64,000 nucleotides of DNA, taken from positions 11,470,001-11,534,000 of the forward strand of contig NC_088812.1 of NCBI RefSeq assembly GCF_011386835.1, read 5' to 3'. This DNA is from Chrysemys picta bellii (Eukaryota). Each line of letters opens with the position of its first letter. The stretch's first letter is position 1. Positions 12,330 through 24,417 of this stretch are shown piece after piece. The notes beneath the pieces were generated by a model that was not told the DNA's origin, searched no databases, and was given only the letters and a program-made list of their open reading frames with translations. Both the position numbers and the translations under genes were made by a program.

Positions 12330-12829
12330 GGTCAGGCCAGTCACGTGCAGGGGAGGCAGGGTCAGGCCAGTCACGTGCAGGGAGGACGGCTGGGGGGCAG
12401 GGGCAGGCCAGTCACGTGCAGGGAGGGGCGCGGGGGGGGGCAGCCCAGTCACGTGCAGGGAGGGGCGCTGGGGGGCCCCTCCACCCCCGGGCTGCCCCCT
12501 GCCGGGCCCCGCCCCGCCTGGCAGGGAAACGCGCGCGGCGCCGGGGTTATTTCGGGCTCCGCGTCTATTTTTAGCGCTGCGGGCGCGGGGATTCCAGCGA
12601 CGTCAGCAGAGCCTGGGCTGACGTCACGGGGCCCCCGCCTCGCGAGCCGCGCCGGGCCGGGCCGGGCTGGGCCCCGCAGCGAGGCGGCGGATGGAGCGCG
12701 CGGGGCAGCCGGGGGTCCCCCAGGGGCGGGCAGCCGGGGGTCCCCCCACGCCGGGCGGGGCGCGCCGGGGGCTCGCGGGCCCCCGCCCCGGCAGGAGGCG
12801 GCGGAGGAGGCGGGAGCCGGCGGAGGCGT
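12330..12829 (+). promoter_or_regulatory. CpG-island promoter plus first exon, probably a distal NR4A1 promoter
   Basis: Four GTCACGTG E-boxes (12340, 12370, 12411, 12448), MEF2 CTATTTTTAG (12565-12574), CGACGTCA (12598) and a perfect CRE TGACGTCA (12619-12626). A GC-rich exon-like tract ends at consensus donor GCGT|gtgagt (12829/12830). The link to NR4A1 is inferred. Confidence 0.6.
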
Positions 12830-12837
12830 GTGAGTGT

Positions 12838-12942
12838 GCGCCCCCCCCCGTGTGTGCCCCCCCCGTCCGCCCCCCCCGTGTGTGCCCCCCCCGTCCGCCC
12901 CCCCCGCGTGTGTGCCCCCCCCCGGTGTGTGCCCCCCCCCCA
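12838..12942. repeat. Short C-run/GTGTGT tandem repeat just inside the distal-exon intron
   Basis: Repeated (C)7-9 GTGTGTG (C)7-9 GTCCG. Confidence 0.8.
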
Positions 12943-14135
12943 AGCTCTGAGACCTGAGTCTGTACAGCGGGGACATGAGCTGTGCGGGGTCTGTGCAGAT
13001 CGGGGGGGGGTCTCTGCCCCCCCCCATTTGCAGGCTGGGAGGGAAGCTGGAATAACCTGGGTCTGTGCTCTGTATTAATGGGGGGGGGGGCTGGATCTCT
13101 GCCCCCCATTGTCGCACTTCACATGAATCAGTACCCCCCCCAATTCGATTGTCACCCTGTGCAGCTATTTTTGGGGAGGGAGGGTCAGAAAGTCTCCTCT
13201 AATTCTCCCCTCCCCCAGCCTCATATCTATGGGACCTGCTGTCTTGGGTGGTCTCTTCCCCCTTTCCTGGCCCCCTTCTGGACTGAGGTTCCTGCCCCCA
13301 GTGCTCTGCCCCCCCCCCCCCCCATTGCATTTGCTTTTGCATTTTACTTTATTTCCTGTGCAAAGATTCAGCTCTGGGTGGAGGCAGCGGCTGCGGCAGG
13401 GGCCCACCGGGAATGGGCTACGGAGCCCCCTGTCCTTAGGTCACTGGTTGCAGTGGTGGTGGGTTGTCATGACGCTGCATGGAATGCGCTTGATGGGTCT
13501 CAGCCTAGTTCCTAATGATAGGGAGCCCCGGGCAGGGCTGGCACTGACTGCCCGTCCGCCCCTACCTGGCTGGCTGAGCAGTGAGACCAAGGAATTCACA
13601 GACTAGAGACTAAACCCCCGTGGGTGCTCTCTGCTGGGCACCCGATGCTTATCCGAAGCCCGTACAAGGCAGCTTGGCTGCTTATGCAAGTGGCACCCAG
13701 CCCGATGCTCACGTTGGCTTGGACGTGCCCTCGTGCCAGCCAACGCAGGCTGCTAAGGGAGCTGTGGAGTCCCTCTGAGCCCCTTGGGTCTCTCCACGCC
13801 TGATCAGGCTCTGGAGTACCTGCATTGTACCTGCGTTATGAGGGGAGAGACACCAGATTTCACGGCTGCTGCTCGCTGCCAGCCGGGCGGATTAGTACAT
13901 GGCAAGTCCAGCCAGTGTTAAAAGGCATGAAACAGGATACACATCCTCATAGGGACCTTCTGTGCACCGGCAGGAGGCAACAGGGGCAGTGATTTACAAA
14001 GCACCAAACCCCGGCACAGGAGCAGAGGGCTGGTTTCCAAGCCCCTTTTCACACCGGTGCAGCACGTTGCACTAGGGGCTTGCACCAGTGCAGCTGTATC
14101 GGTGCAAAAAGCCCCAGTGTAGACAAGCCCTAGAC

Positions 14136-14259
14136 CAGTGGTTCTTAACCTATTTACCTTTGTGGGCTGCATCCACACCATCCATATGCTACCTGTATGG
14201 CCTTGAGGATGTCACATGGGCTGCAGCTGTGTGTTGACTGGGCCATATGGGAACCACTG
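14136..14259. mobile_element. hAT (Charlie-like) MITE remnant, next to a Harbinger-like TIR (AGTGTAGACAAGCCC, ~14116-14130)
   Basis: Ends CAGTGGTTC... / ...GAACCACTG with CTAGA/TTAGA-containing flanks. Confidence 0.55.
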
Positions 14260-14529
14260 GCTTAGATGAACTGTACTGCTGGCCAGCTCAGCCGGGTTCC
14301 AGCAGCTTCACCAGGCCGAGAGATTGTTCCACGTGAGGCAAAAAGAAAACCGGGGGTTGCAAAGTCCCGGGCTAGGTACAGCAGGGCAGAGCAAAGCCAC
14401 GTCTCCCCTGCCTCCTAGCCAGAGTCCACATGTGATCAGCAGGCCAGCGACCATCCAGTAAGTGTCTAGCAGTTGCATTGGAGGGAGCTGGGCGTCCGGA
14501 CTCCTGGGTTCTATCCCCAGGCTCGGCCC

Positions 14530-14610
14530 ACGACTGGCTGCATGATCCTGAGCAAGTTACTTGACTTCTTTGTACCTGTTTCCCATCAGTGAAATGGGGA
14601 TGCTTGGCCC
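14530..14610 (+). mobile_element. MIR/CORE-SINE fragment (similar remnants at ~17085, 20030, 29960, 37590, 43960, 61520, 62990)
   Basis: tgatcctgagcaagttacttgacttctttgtacctgtttcccatcagtgaaatgggga is the CORE motif. Confidence 0.6.
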
Positions 14611-16494
14611 CAGGCACAGGAGATCTGTGCTGTCGGCATTGTAACATGAGCTGTCCCTGTGCTCCGTACCAGGGCAGCTCAGAACCGGTGGCCTCTGCCA
14701 CGGGAACGAGCTCACGGCCTTCCATGGGAGGGGCCTGGGTTCGGATCATCCCTCACCGAGCAGTGTTGAAACGTCTTGGGTGGTGGCTGAGTGCAGTCCG
14801 CAGGACGGGGGTACAGGCCAGCATTGGGACCCAGGGTTCTGCTGTCGTCTCGCTGCATAGCCTTGGCCAAGTCGCTGCCTCTCCTTACCCCAGTCTGTGT
14901 AGTGGGGGGAACTCAGCTGCGAGGGGCTGGAGGAGGGGCTTAGGACAAGGGGATTGGAGCGTCCACACAGGCACGTGGGGGGAGCCGGTCGCCCCAGGGT
15001 CGGTCACTCCTCCTCTGACAGTTCTGCCCTGCAGGAGCCTGGGCTGAGCGGAGGCCCTGAACCGGGCGGCAGGCTGCTCAGACCCCTGGGGGCCGTAGCA
15101 GTCCTGCCAACAGGTTCCGATCCTGTGGGGTCCAGCCAGGCTGGGACCTGACTCCCACCCCCAAATGCCGGCGGTGTTGTCGGTGCAGGCTGGTCTCCAC
15201 CATTAGAGGGCGGCAGGATCGGGCCCTTGATTCCCGGAGGCGAGAGCTGTCGGTCTCTGGGCTGTTAGCCAAGCAGCTGTGTGTTTGCAGTGCGTTGCTC
15301 CCGGGCGCCCTTTGGCCTGTCCCTACTGTGTGCGGCTGCTGGCTCCATTGCTGGGTGCATCAGCATTGCCAGCCCCGGTCTGTCATGTGCATCTCCGCAG
15401 CCCTGTGCCTGTACCATCACTCCGCTGCACGGGGGCCAGCCCGCGTCCTGTGCATGGGGTCTTGCTAGGGAGAGCGGAAAGCCAAAGAGAGAGAACCTTG
15501 GCTCCCCATTCTCTCCGCCCCATCTCTAGCGCTGCACTCAGAGCCCTAGCTATGGGGAGAGGAGGGGGCAGGGCTGAGGAGGGGTACCAGCGCTTCACCT
15601 ACCCCCTGCAGGGGGGCACTGGAAGCAAGGGGTTGGGTGGGGGTGCCTTGCTAGTGGGGAGCAGCCCAGCCCGAGCTGGGAATCCCGTTACCCTTCTCTG
15701 CCAAGCGACAGCAGCAGCTTCTCTTCTCCTGTGAGCAGGGGGGATCAGAGAGGTGGGGCTGGGGGTGCAGCTTCGCGGTTTGGTTCAGTGGCTTTCAGCC
15801 CCGCCCATGCTAAAACCTGGTCCCGCGCCCCCGGATGGAACCCGCTTACGGTGAAATGCGCCGAAGCGACGTTCTACGCGGGCTCCCCGGGCCAGTCTGG
15901 GCACTGCCCAGTGAATGCGTCCTGGCGTCGGGCAGGCCAGACGTGCATCCTGTGCTCTTCCACAGAGAGAGACTGCGGCTCTTCTCAGGCAAAGCCTCTC
16001 TGGTCAAACTGACGTGCAGCGCGCTCTGGGGACCGTCCCCGCCATGGGCAGAGCCCACAACGGGAGGGAGGCTGCCCCCTGCCTGAACATTGAGTTGGTT
16101 GGGCAAGAGGTTTGTGCCTGGCAACTCCTGGACCCCTGTAGTACAGAATGCAAATGAGTGGGGCCTAGCGGTTAGAGCGACGGGGTGACTGAGAGCCAGG
16201 ACTCCTGGGTTCTGTACCCAGCTCTGGGGGGACAGTGGGGTCTAATGGTTAGAGCAGGGGCTTACTGGGGACCAGGACTCCTGGGTTCTATTCCGGGGGT
16301 GGGGGAGGGAATGGAAGTGCTGCATTCTAAGGGGAGCTGTTAATCTCTCCTCTCTGCAGGCTGTTGGATTACAGCAGAGCATGAGACTTCCCAGGTGTGC
16401 GTGGGGGAGGGGTGTCACTTTTTGATCCCACTAAAGACCCTGCCCCCCATCTCCAGAGCCAGCGCAGCGCACAAAGCCCCCCCCCCCCCCCCCG

Positions 16495-16760
16495 TTGTGC
16501 CTATATATGGTAGTTGGCATGTTCTTGTAAGGCCAGCTGCCGGCTGACGCGAGCATGCGCCATCCGAGCGCTGACGTCCAGCGCCGGGGAGAACTCCCCA
16601 TCTCGGTGTGCGGCTGCCTGACAACGCCCCCGTGGGCCCCGTCCATGCATGCTTCGCGCTCGGCCTGCCAAGCTCCCGCTCCCGGCCACTTCCTGGCCAA
16701 GCCCCTGTGATTGGAACCTGCTGTGCTGCCGAGCCCTGCTTCATCCCCAGACCAAGGATG
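16495..16760. promoter_or_regulatory. Candidate upstream enhancer (local CpG cluster)
   Basis: CTGACG half-CREs, GCATGCGCA (NRF1-like) and CACTTCCTGG (ETS). Motif-only evidence. Confidence 0.35.
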
Positions 16761-18039
16761 GCAGCGGGCCAGTGGCTCTCCGCTGCTCCTTCGCCTGCAC
16801 CATGCGTGTCCAGGGGGCTTCTCCAGTGGGACAGAGGCCCCCTGAGCCCTGGCCCCCTGCCCCCTTAGTGTGCCCTGCAGGTGTCTCAGCCTGGCTGAAG
16901 CTGCAGCGGGCAGGTTCTCGTGCGTCCTGGTTCTTGGCAATCGGAGCAGCCGCCACAGGTGCACAAGGCCTGGTAGGGGAGGGTGGATACCTTACCGCAC
17001 CTGTACAGAGGGGCTGGGGCCAGTGGCTCAGGCAGGGGACTGGTCCTGCTGGGGAAACTCTTCACTCTGGGGGAGCCATGTTGCTATTCCCTGCCTCGGT
17101 TTCCCCATCTGTGAAATGGGGAGAATGTGAAACGGAACAATGGGCTTGTGGTTAAGGCATGCCTGGCCTGCAGGCTTCCTGCTCTAACCGCTGGTCCCTG
17201 CTCCCCTCCCAGAGCTGGAGATAGAATCCAGGAGTCCAACTCCTGCAGACCCACGTGGCTGGGCTGAGGGCACCCTCTGCCAGCTGCAGTCTCCAGCTCG
17301 TTCAAGACAATGGGGGAAGATTTCCACTGAAGTCACGAGGGCCAGGATTTTGGTCTCTGGTGTCAGTGCATGATGGCAGTGATGCTGCAGAGATGGGAGC
17401 TGGGCGGGGCAGCTGCCTTGCTTACCAGACCTCTACCCAGCAGATCCTGCGGTGTTTGGCTGTCCCAGGGAGCACAAACCACTGATGAGGAGGGAGAGAG
17501 AGACTTCTAAACCGGTTAAGAGTAAACCCAACAGCCAACTTGTCCCAGGCCCACCTGCAACATGGGGAATTCAGGCTGGCTTGTATCTCCTGCTGCCAGC
17601 CACACATCCCCTCCTGAGAGACTCCCCCCGGCCAAGCACTCGGGGCCCGCGCCACAGGCATTTTCCCAGCATGCTCAGGGTACTGGTGATGATTTAGCTC
17701 CAAGCTGCCTGAAATCTTCCTCTTCCTGTGCCCATGACGGGTGTTGACGCTGGGTTCTCGCTGGACGTGTAACTGTCACTGGTGTTCGAGATGCGCCGTT
17801 CTGCAGCAGGGGGCAGGAGACCCGGCATGCAAAGCTCCCGCACACGCCGCCTGCCGAGGCCTTGCAGCCTCGGGTCATGGTTGAGAGAGGCTCTGAGAGT
17901 CCACTGCTCTTCCTGCACCTTCAGCACTGCACCGTGACTAGGTTCAGCTCCTAGCCCTGCTCCCAGCTTCCTCGGGCAAACCCCTTCATCGTGCAGACCC
18001 CCAGCTGTAAAACAGGGTGGCGATGGTGCGTATCTACCT

Positions 18040-18150
18040 GAACTGTGAGCTCCTAGGGGCAGGGACTGTTTGGTGTGTGGTGTCTGTGCAGTGTCCAGCA
18101 CCACAGGGCCCAGATCTTACCCAGCGGCCTCTAGGGGCTAGCGTAATGCA
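18040..18150 (+). mobile_element. L2-type 3'-end fragment (others at ~44555-44630 + and ~45925-46020 -)
   Basis: tgtgagctcctaggggcagggactgt...tgtgcagtgtccagcac resembles the amniote L2/MIR 3' tail. Confidence 0.5.
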
Positions 18151-20144
18151 TCTAGTGATCTGGAACTTGTCCGAATTGCTTCTCAGATGTGTGGTGGGTT
18201 CCCCGCCCGCTCATGCTGGGGACTCTGACGGCACAGAGAGCCGGAACCTGCCGTTCCCCTGCAGTGCGTGCAGCCCGCAGGTGTGGTGCTGGCTTGGCGG
18301 CACGCTAAAGAGACAAGTGGAGGGAGCTGCCCCCCAGGGAACTGACCTCGGAGGGGGAGAGGCAGGGAGGTTTCAGCTGTCTGAGGGGCCAGCGGGAATT
18401 CCATAACCAGATACAGGTAGGAAGGGCCACCGTTTTCTGAAAGTGCTAACGGGTGCTGCCCAGCTTGGGACTTCACGGGCCCGATTCTGGGAGCAGCACC
18501 CTCTGGGAGCTAGGGTATCCCCTGTTCTAATCAACAGACCAGCCCCTGCTGTGTCAGCCAATCAGCTCTCCCCATTCGTCTCATTCATCTGCACTAACGA
18601 GGATGGTGCGAAATTAACACACATCCAAGATCATCTTTCTCTTTGTTTTTCTGGCTGAAGCAGTGCAACTCTGGGGCTGCTGCCAGCAGACACGAATGTT
18701 TCCATTTCCCCAGCCAGGGTCCTTCTTGCTCGGAGGAAACTCCACTGGGACCCCCTGATGCATCATTCACAGATTATTCCTGACCAAGCAGGAAGTGCGC
18801 TTGGCTGCTCCACTGACACTCACCAGCTTGCTCGGAGAAGCAGCGACGTGAGTGAACTCCCCGACCTGCTGCTTGCCTGGCACATGCTAGGTAGCTTGTG
18901 AAAGTGGGCCAGGAAATCCGACGCGGTGTCACAGTGCGCCCGTCGGCGGTGTCCCTCTCCTGGCTCGCCTTTCTTGCTCTGTGGCTCGTGTGAATGACTC
19001 AGAACCAGGCCGGCAGCTGCCCGCCCATCCTGCCTGCCTGCGCCCATTCACTCCAGGAACCACGGAGTCTGCAAACGGCACTTCAGCACTTTTGTGCTGG
19101 TCCAAAGGGGTAAGAGAGGCAGCCGCAGGGGCTGGCACCTTCTCTTTGCCCTTCTCTTCCTGTTCTGCAGACAAGCTTCCTGGATATGCAGCCTTCCCTG
19201 GGGACCGGTTATCTCAAAAAGCTTCTGTGCATCACACTGGGCAGCTGCTGGGGCCAGAGACAGGAGCCTCCTGGTCTGACCCTCAGAGGCTGTGCCATCA
19301 ATCTGCCTCTCCGGCCTTTCTAGAAGCCAGGGGGGTTGGGATTCTGTGCGCCACATAGTCCTTGGCATCTCTTAGCAGCAAGGCCACTCCCGTGCCCCAG
19401 TTGTCCATGGCCGTAGTGACAGGACTCGGCATTAATGTGCTCACCTTTCCAACCAGGGATTGCAAAGTGCTTTAATCAGGTGGGTGTCATTAGCCGTGCC
19501 CCACAGATGGAGAGACGAAGGCACTGGGAAGTAACTTCCCCGAGGGCACCTGGCAAGTCTGTAGCAGAATGGGCTAGGGGGCTAGTCGCCCAGAGTTTAG
19601 AGTCCATTACTTTTGGGTGCCAAACCTCCTGAAGGGGTCTCAAAGCACCTGAAATTAGTGACTATTTCTGAAGACATGGACCTGATCCCAGCTCTTACCG
19701 TTCGACAACACCGCCTCCCTGCGTCACTAGACTCCGTCTAACTCCGTGAAACCAGCCCCTGTTTGCCAGAAGGCACCAGACGGCCGGCCACCATTCCTTC
19801 GGCTCCTAGGCCACCTTTGCACTGGCCCCCTGGCAGTGAAGAGTTCAGAGTCCCCCAGCTGTTAGTGCTCAGGTTTCTGACACACAAATCGTGACGCAAA
19901 GAACACCCCGGGCAGTCAGGCTCACCGAGCGTCTGGTTCTTTGGAGTCTGGGATTGGATACGTTGCATTTCTGTAGCCGATTTCGGTCATCTGAGAATTG
20001 CAAAGCCTCTTCTGATTAGCTAGTAAGTCTTCAAATCCCATCTCCTCCCCTGTGAAATAGGTAAGTATCAACCCCATTTTAGAGACAGGAAAACTGAGGA
20101 ATGGTGAGGCAAAGGGAGTTGCTCAGTTCAGTTACCCTACGTCC

Positions 20145-20750
20145 TATTCAGACCATCATTAAAGATTCTGGGTGCCCCATCTCAAAAAAGATAGAATTCG
20201 GAAAAGTGCAGAGGGGTCTGCAACAGCTTCCATAGGAGGCAAGATTAAAAAGACTGGAACTGGTCATCTTAGAAAAGAGACGACTAAGAGGGGATGTGAG
20301 GTCTATAAAATCAAGCATGATGTGGGGAAAGTGAATAGGGAAGTGTTATTTACCCCTTCACATACCACAAGAACCAGGAGTCACCCAAGGAAATTAATAC
20401 TCATCAGGTTTAAACAAACAGAAGGAAGTATTTCTTCACCAACACGCAGTTAACCTGTGGAACTCATTGCCAGGGGATGTTGTGAAGGCCAAAAGTCTCA
20501 CTGAGTTCAAAGAAGAAATCAAGTTCGTGGAGGATGGGTCCATTGACTGCCATCCCCCAAGATGGTCAGGGACACAACCCCATTCTTTGAGTGTCCCTAA
20601 ACCTTGGACTGCCAGAAGCTGGATGGATCATTCGCTAATTGCTCTGTTCTGTTCATTCCCTCTGAAGCACCTGGCATTGGCCACTGTCCGGAGACAGGAT
20701 ACTGGGCTAGATGCACCATTGGTCTGACCCAGTCTGGCCGTTCTTCTATA
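20145..20750 (+). mobile_element. Older degenerate CR1 LINE 3' fragment
   Basis: Frameshifted ORF2 C-terminus (gaaaagagacgactaagaggggat...ttaacctgtggaactcattgcc), followed by a 3' UTR ending ggtctgacccagtctggccgttctt. Confidence 0.8.
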
Positions 20751-23700
20751 TTCCCACGAATGAACCCTGGTGTCTTGGCCAAATTCCAACCCTGCTAATT
20801 AAGTTCTGCCTCTTTAAATTCCCCGCTGCATGTCGCATTTTTCCTGTATTCAACTGCGCCACCCTCCCTCTCGGCTATAGCAAGTGCTCAGAGTGGCATC
20901 TCTGGCGGAAGCCCCGCAGCACAGTGGGAATGTCTGGCTTGGACGCACTCAGTTCCTCGGCGTACAAAATAAACGCTGTGACCTATCTACTTGCTAAGAG
21001 TTAAATTTCACCCACAGTTAAAGCCATGCAGCCTCTAACCCTGGATGTATATTTAGCAGCTTGTATATTAGAGGCTTCTCCATTTCCCTCCCCCCGCGCT
21101 CTGTTCCTCATTTTGTCTTTTCCTTATTTACCGAGAATACAATTTATTTACCGAGTGCAGGGCCCTCCTGAGCCAGTGGATTGGAACCGCTGGAAGGATC
21201 ACCGAGCAATCCAGCCCACAGACACATTCCCCAACCCAGCCGCCCTGGGAGGCCAGCCAGGAACTCAGCACAAACATGTAATAAAAACGCATCTTGTTAC
21301 GCAGTTGCTTTTATAAACGTGAGCATTTAAACAAATCCAGAGCTTGGGCTAAAAATATTTTAACAATAGGAAAATGCATAAATCTTTCCAGCCGCTGACT
21401 TACCAACCTGTGAAATCCCCCTTTCTGTCTGCTGGACTGGTGCTGCCTTAGCAAATGGGATGGGCTGCACCGTGAGAGGTGCTCGGGCAGAGAAGAGGGA
21501 CCCCAAAGGGGTAGATTTTAGAGGGATTGATCCTGCGAGGTGCTGTGTGAGTTCTGCAAGGGCAGTGAGATCTGAGGGCATTTGGTAACTCAAATCGAGG
21601 GTGCAAAAACCTCCTCCTAGAAGTGATTCTGCATCCTGACCTTGTCTACACACTGAAGCTGCAAACCAGCGTAGCTGAACCGGGGCAAACCACTGTGTGG
21701 ACACACTTACATTGCTTTAAAACTGGCTTGTGTCAGTTTAACTTGCATCAACGTTTCCCAATATGAACTGAATTTAAATTGAATTAAGAGCGTCCATACT
21801 GGGGCTTGCACTGGTTTAACTAAACTGACTTTTAAATGCACCTTTAATAAATGGGGACAGGTTTGTGTGTGGAGCTGACCGGATGCTGGGGTTCTCTAAA
21901 GGAGCAGAGGGTGCTGGACCCCTGAAATGTCTTGGCTTGTGGCCCCCCCCCTTTGAAAATGAAGCGAGGCCTGTCCCTGAGGGGAAGGTGTATCGCAGGC
22001 TCGCCCTGCGGGACAAGGCTGGTTAGTGTCTGAGTGTGCAGACCCCGGTGACCTGGGGGACTCTGGGAATGTCTCACTGCTGTGCTTAAAGTGAATAATG
22101 GCACCTTTTGACTGGGCTTCAGAGACTGGCCTCCACATGCAAAGCTGGTTTGGATCTGGGGCTGAATTCAAAGGGGGTGTCGGTGTTGGCACAATAGAGG
22201 CCTCACTGCTAACTGCAGCCGAGGGGTGCTATCCGACCTGCGGGGCTGTCTGAATCCAGATCCACACTCCCCAAACAGGCCAGGAGCTGGTGTTCTGCTT
22301 CTCCCAACAATTTCCTCGCGGTGGCTGAAACAGTGACTTGGCCACGCGTGCGAGGGTGACTGCTCCCGTTCGTCTGTCCCTAGAGCCCGGCTGCGCTGTC
22401 TTTCTGCTGAACTTGGTGGTTGCTTTCCGCTCTCATTGGCATGTCACTGGATTTAACCCCTGGGACCGAGGAAACCAGACCCTGCTCTCGCTGTTTTGAT
22501 GTCTGGGCTCCCAGAGCCCTGTGGGTATTGGATTCATATTTTCTCCTTGTTGTGCTGATGCAGCAAACAAGTGTCTCAAGTTACAGGGAAAGGAGCTGGG
22601 GTCTGTTTCCCTTTCACCAAGGCCTTCGCTTTGCTGCACGCCCCAGCCTCTTTTTCATGTCAGAGCGGCAGCCTGCACCGAACACGGCTCCTCCTTTTCT
22701 GGAAAGCCCAGGCCCGTCGCACTCAGTATGAGGGAGAATCCCCCTTTGCAGTGTGGGGCGAATGACACCTGGGAAGCAGTTCTGATTCTGTCCAGCAGAA
22801 GGCAATGGCCAGTAATCATTTGTCACCATTCGCATTATAGGAGCCTATTCTGCCTAGTGCAGGAAGGGAGCTGTCACGCAAGCAAGCTCGAGGCAAGGCT
22901 AGGGAACAGCCCACAGCAGGGGTGGACTCTGGTACCCTCCCTACACCATAAAGCAGGGGCTGTGGGTAGAGGAAAGGGCGTGGGGACACTCTGAGGAGGG
23001 TGGCGACACCAGGGCTGGGGACAGCCCAGAAGGGAGTGTACAGCCGCTGCAGAGGATACGGGTGGGGTGGGAGTCTTCCCCCCCCCCCCCCCCCCCAATG
23101 GCAGAGGAGTGGCTCTGGGGTGTGCCAGGGGCTGGGCTCTCAGAGGAGCCAGGGCCATGTTTCCTGTGTGACTTCAAAGGGGAGAAAGACTTGCCCATTA
23201 ATCCTGGGAAGCGACAGGTGCGGGAGGCCACGTGCTCCATACTGACCTAGTTTTTCAGAATCCTCCGTAACCCACATCCCTAGTTTTCCCTTCCTCCTTT
23301 GAGTGAACTCGCAGGGTTTCCACAGGGCTCTTTCCGACAACAAATGCGAGGAGCCCGGTGCTGCAGAATCATCTCCCCGAGAGAAGGAACAGGGAATTCT
23401 GCACTGCTGGAATTGCCCTCTTTGCGCTGGCGGGTCCTGAAAACACCCTGCTGCAATGCTGCCGGGCTAAAGCGAGTGCCGATGTTTATTAGGGAATCTG
23501 TATGGTGATAGCCCCTGTAGGCCCCAGGCTGGCCACTGTCCTGCTAGGCAGTGTACACACGTTTAACAAGAAAGATGGGCCCTGCTTCAGAGAAGCTCTC
23601 TGATGTGCTCATGTACAGTGATGGGCAGCAGTAGCAAACCAAAAGCAATTAGAAGTGAGCCCAGGTTTGCAAACTATCCCAGTTGTATTTCAGAGGGGCA

Positions 23701-24417
23701 GGAAACTGGAAATTACCCCAGTTTAGCAAAATGTTCTAGGTGACGTTGTTGGTTTGTTTTAGTTGGAGGGCAGTAAGTGTAAAGAGAGCCCAGTTTTGCA
23801 AAATATTCTGGGTGTGTTTTATGGAAGGGGGGCAGTAAAACTAGGTGTGTGTGTGAGTGCAAACCTGGGTGAGCTTAAAAACTTCCTATGTAAAGTTCAG
23901 GCCCCAATCCTGCACTAATACACAGACTTACATTTAAATAAGAGTAAATCCCTTTGAATGATCACATGGTTATTTTCAGCCTCTGCAGAAATGTTTGCAA
24001 GACCATAACCATTGAGTGAGATTTGCACTAAACGCTCATTCAAAGTACAGGAAGCATCGTCCATAAGGGTTAAAAACAAACAAAGGTGGCAGGGCGGAGG
24101 CGTGCCAGTTTGGTGTACCTGGAGGCAGTCCTAGAACTGGGTGTGGGGAAGTAGTTTTGCAATCAAACAAGGCGATTCTCCTCTAATCCCCTCCCCGCCT
24201 TGCTGCAGGGCCCGCAGCCAGCCGGGAGCCCCCTACCCTGACCCTACAGCAGGGCTGAGCCCGGGCCCCTCTGGGACGGCGGCATCAGTTATGAATGGCC
24301 AACAAGTGCTTGGGCCCGGCCCTTCTTTCCTGACCCATTTAGCCCGGACCCAACGTGGCTGTTTAAAATACACCCGCGGTGCCAGCTGCCCGCGGGCCGC
24401 CCTGTTCTGCCATAAAG

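Noticed and set aside
16360-16394. Possible 35-nt cassette exon with an internal ATG
   Set aside because: The splice sites are plausible, but neither its ATG nor the distal ATG would be in frame with NR4A1, and there is no homology evidence.
16500-16510. CArG box CCTATATATGG
   Set aside because: It has seven A/T bases between CC and GG, so it is not the canonical CC(A/T)6GG.
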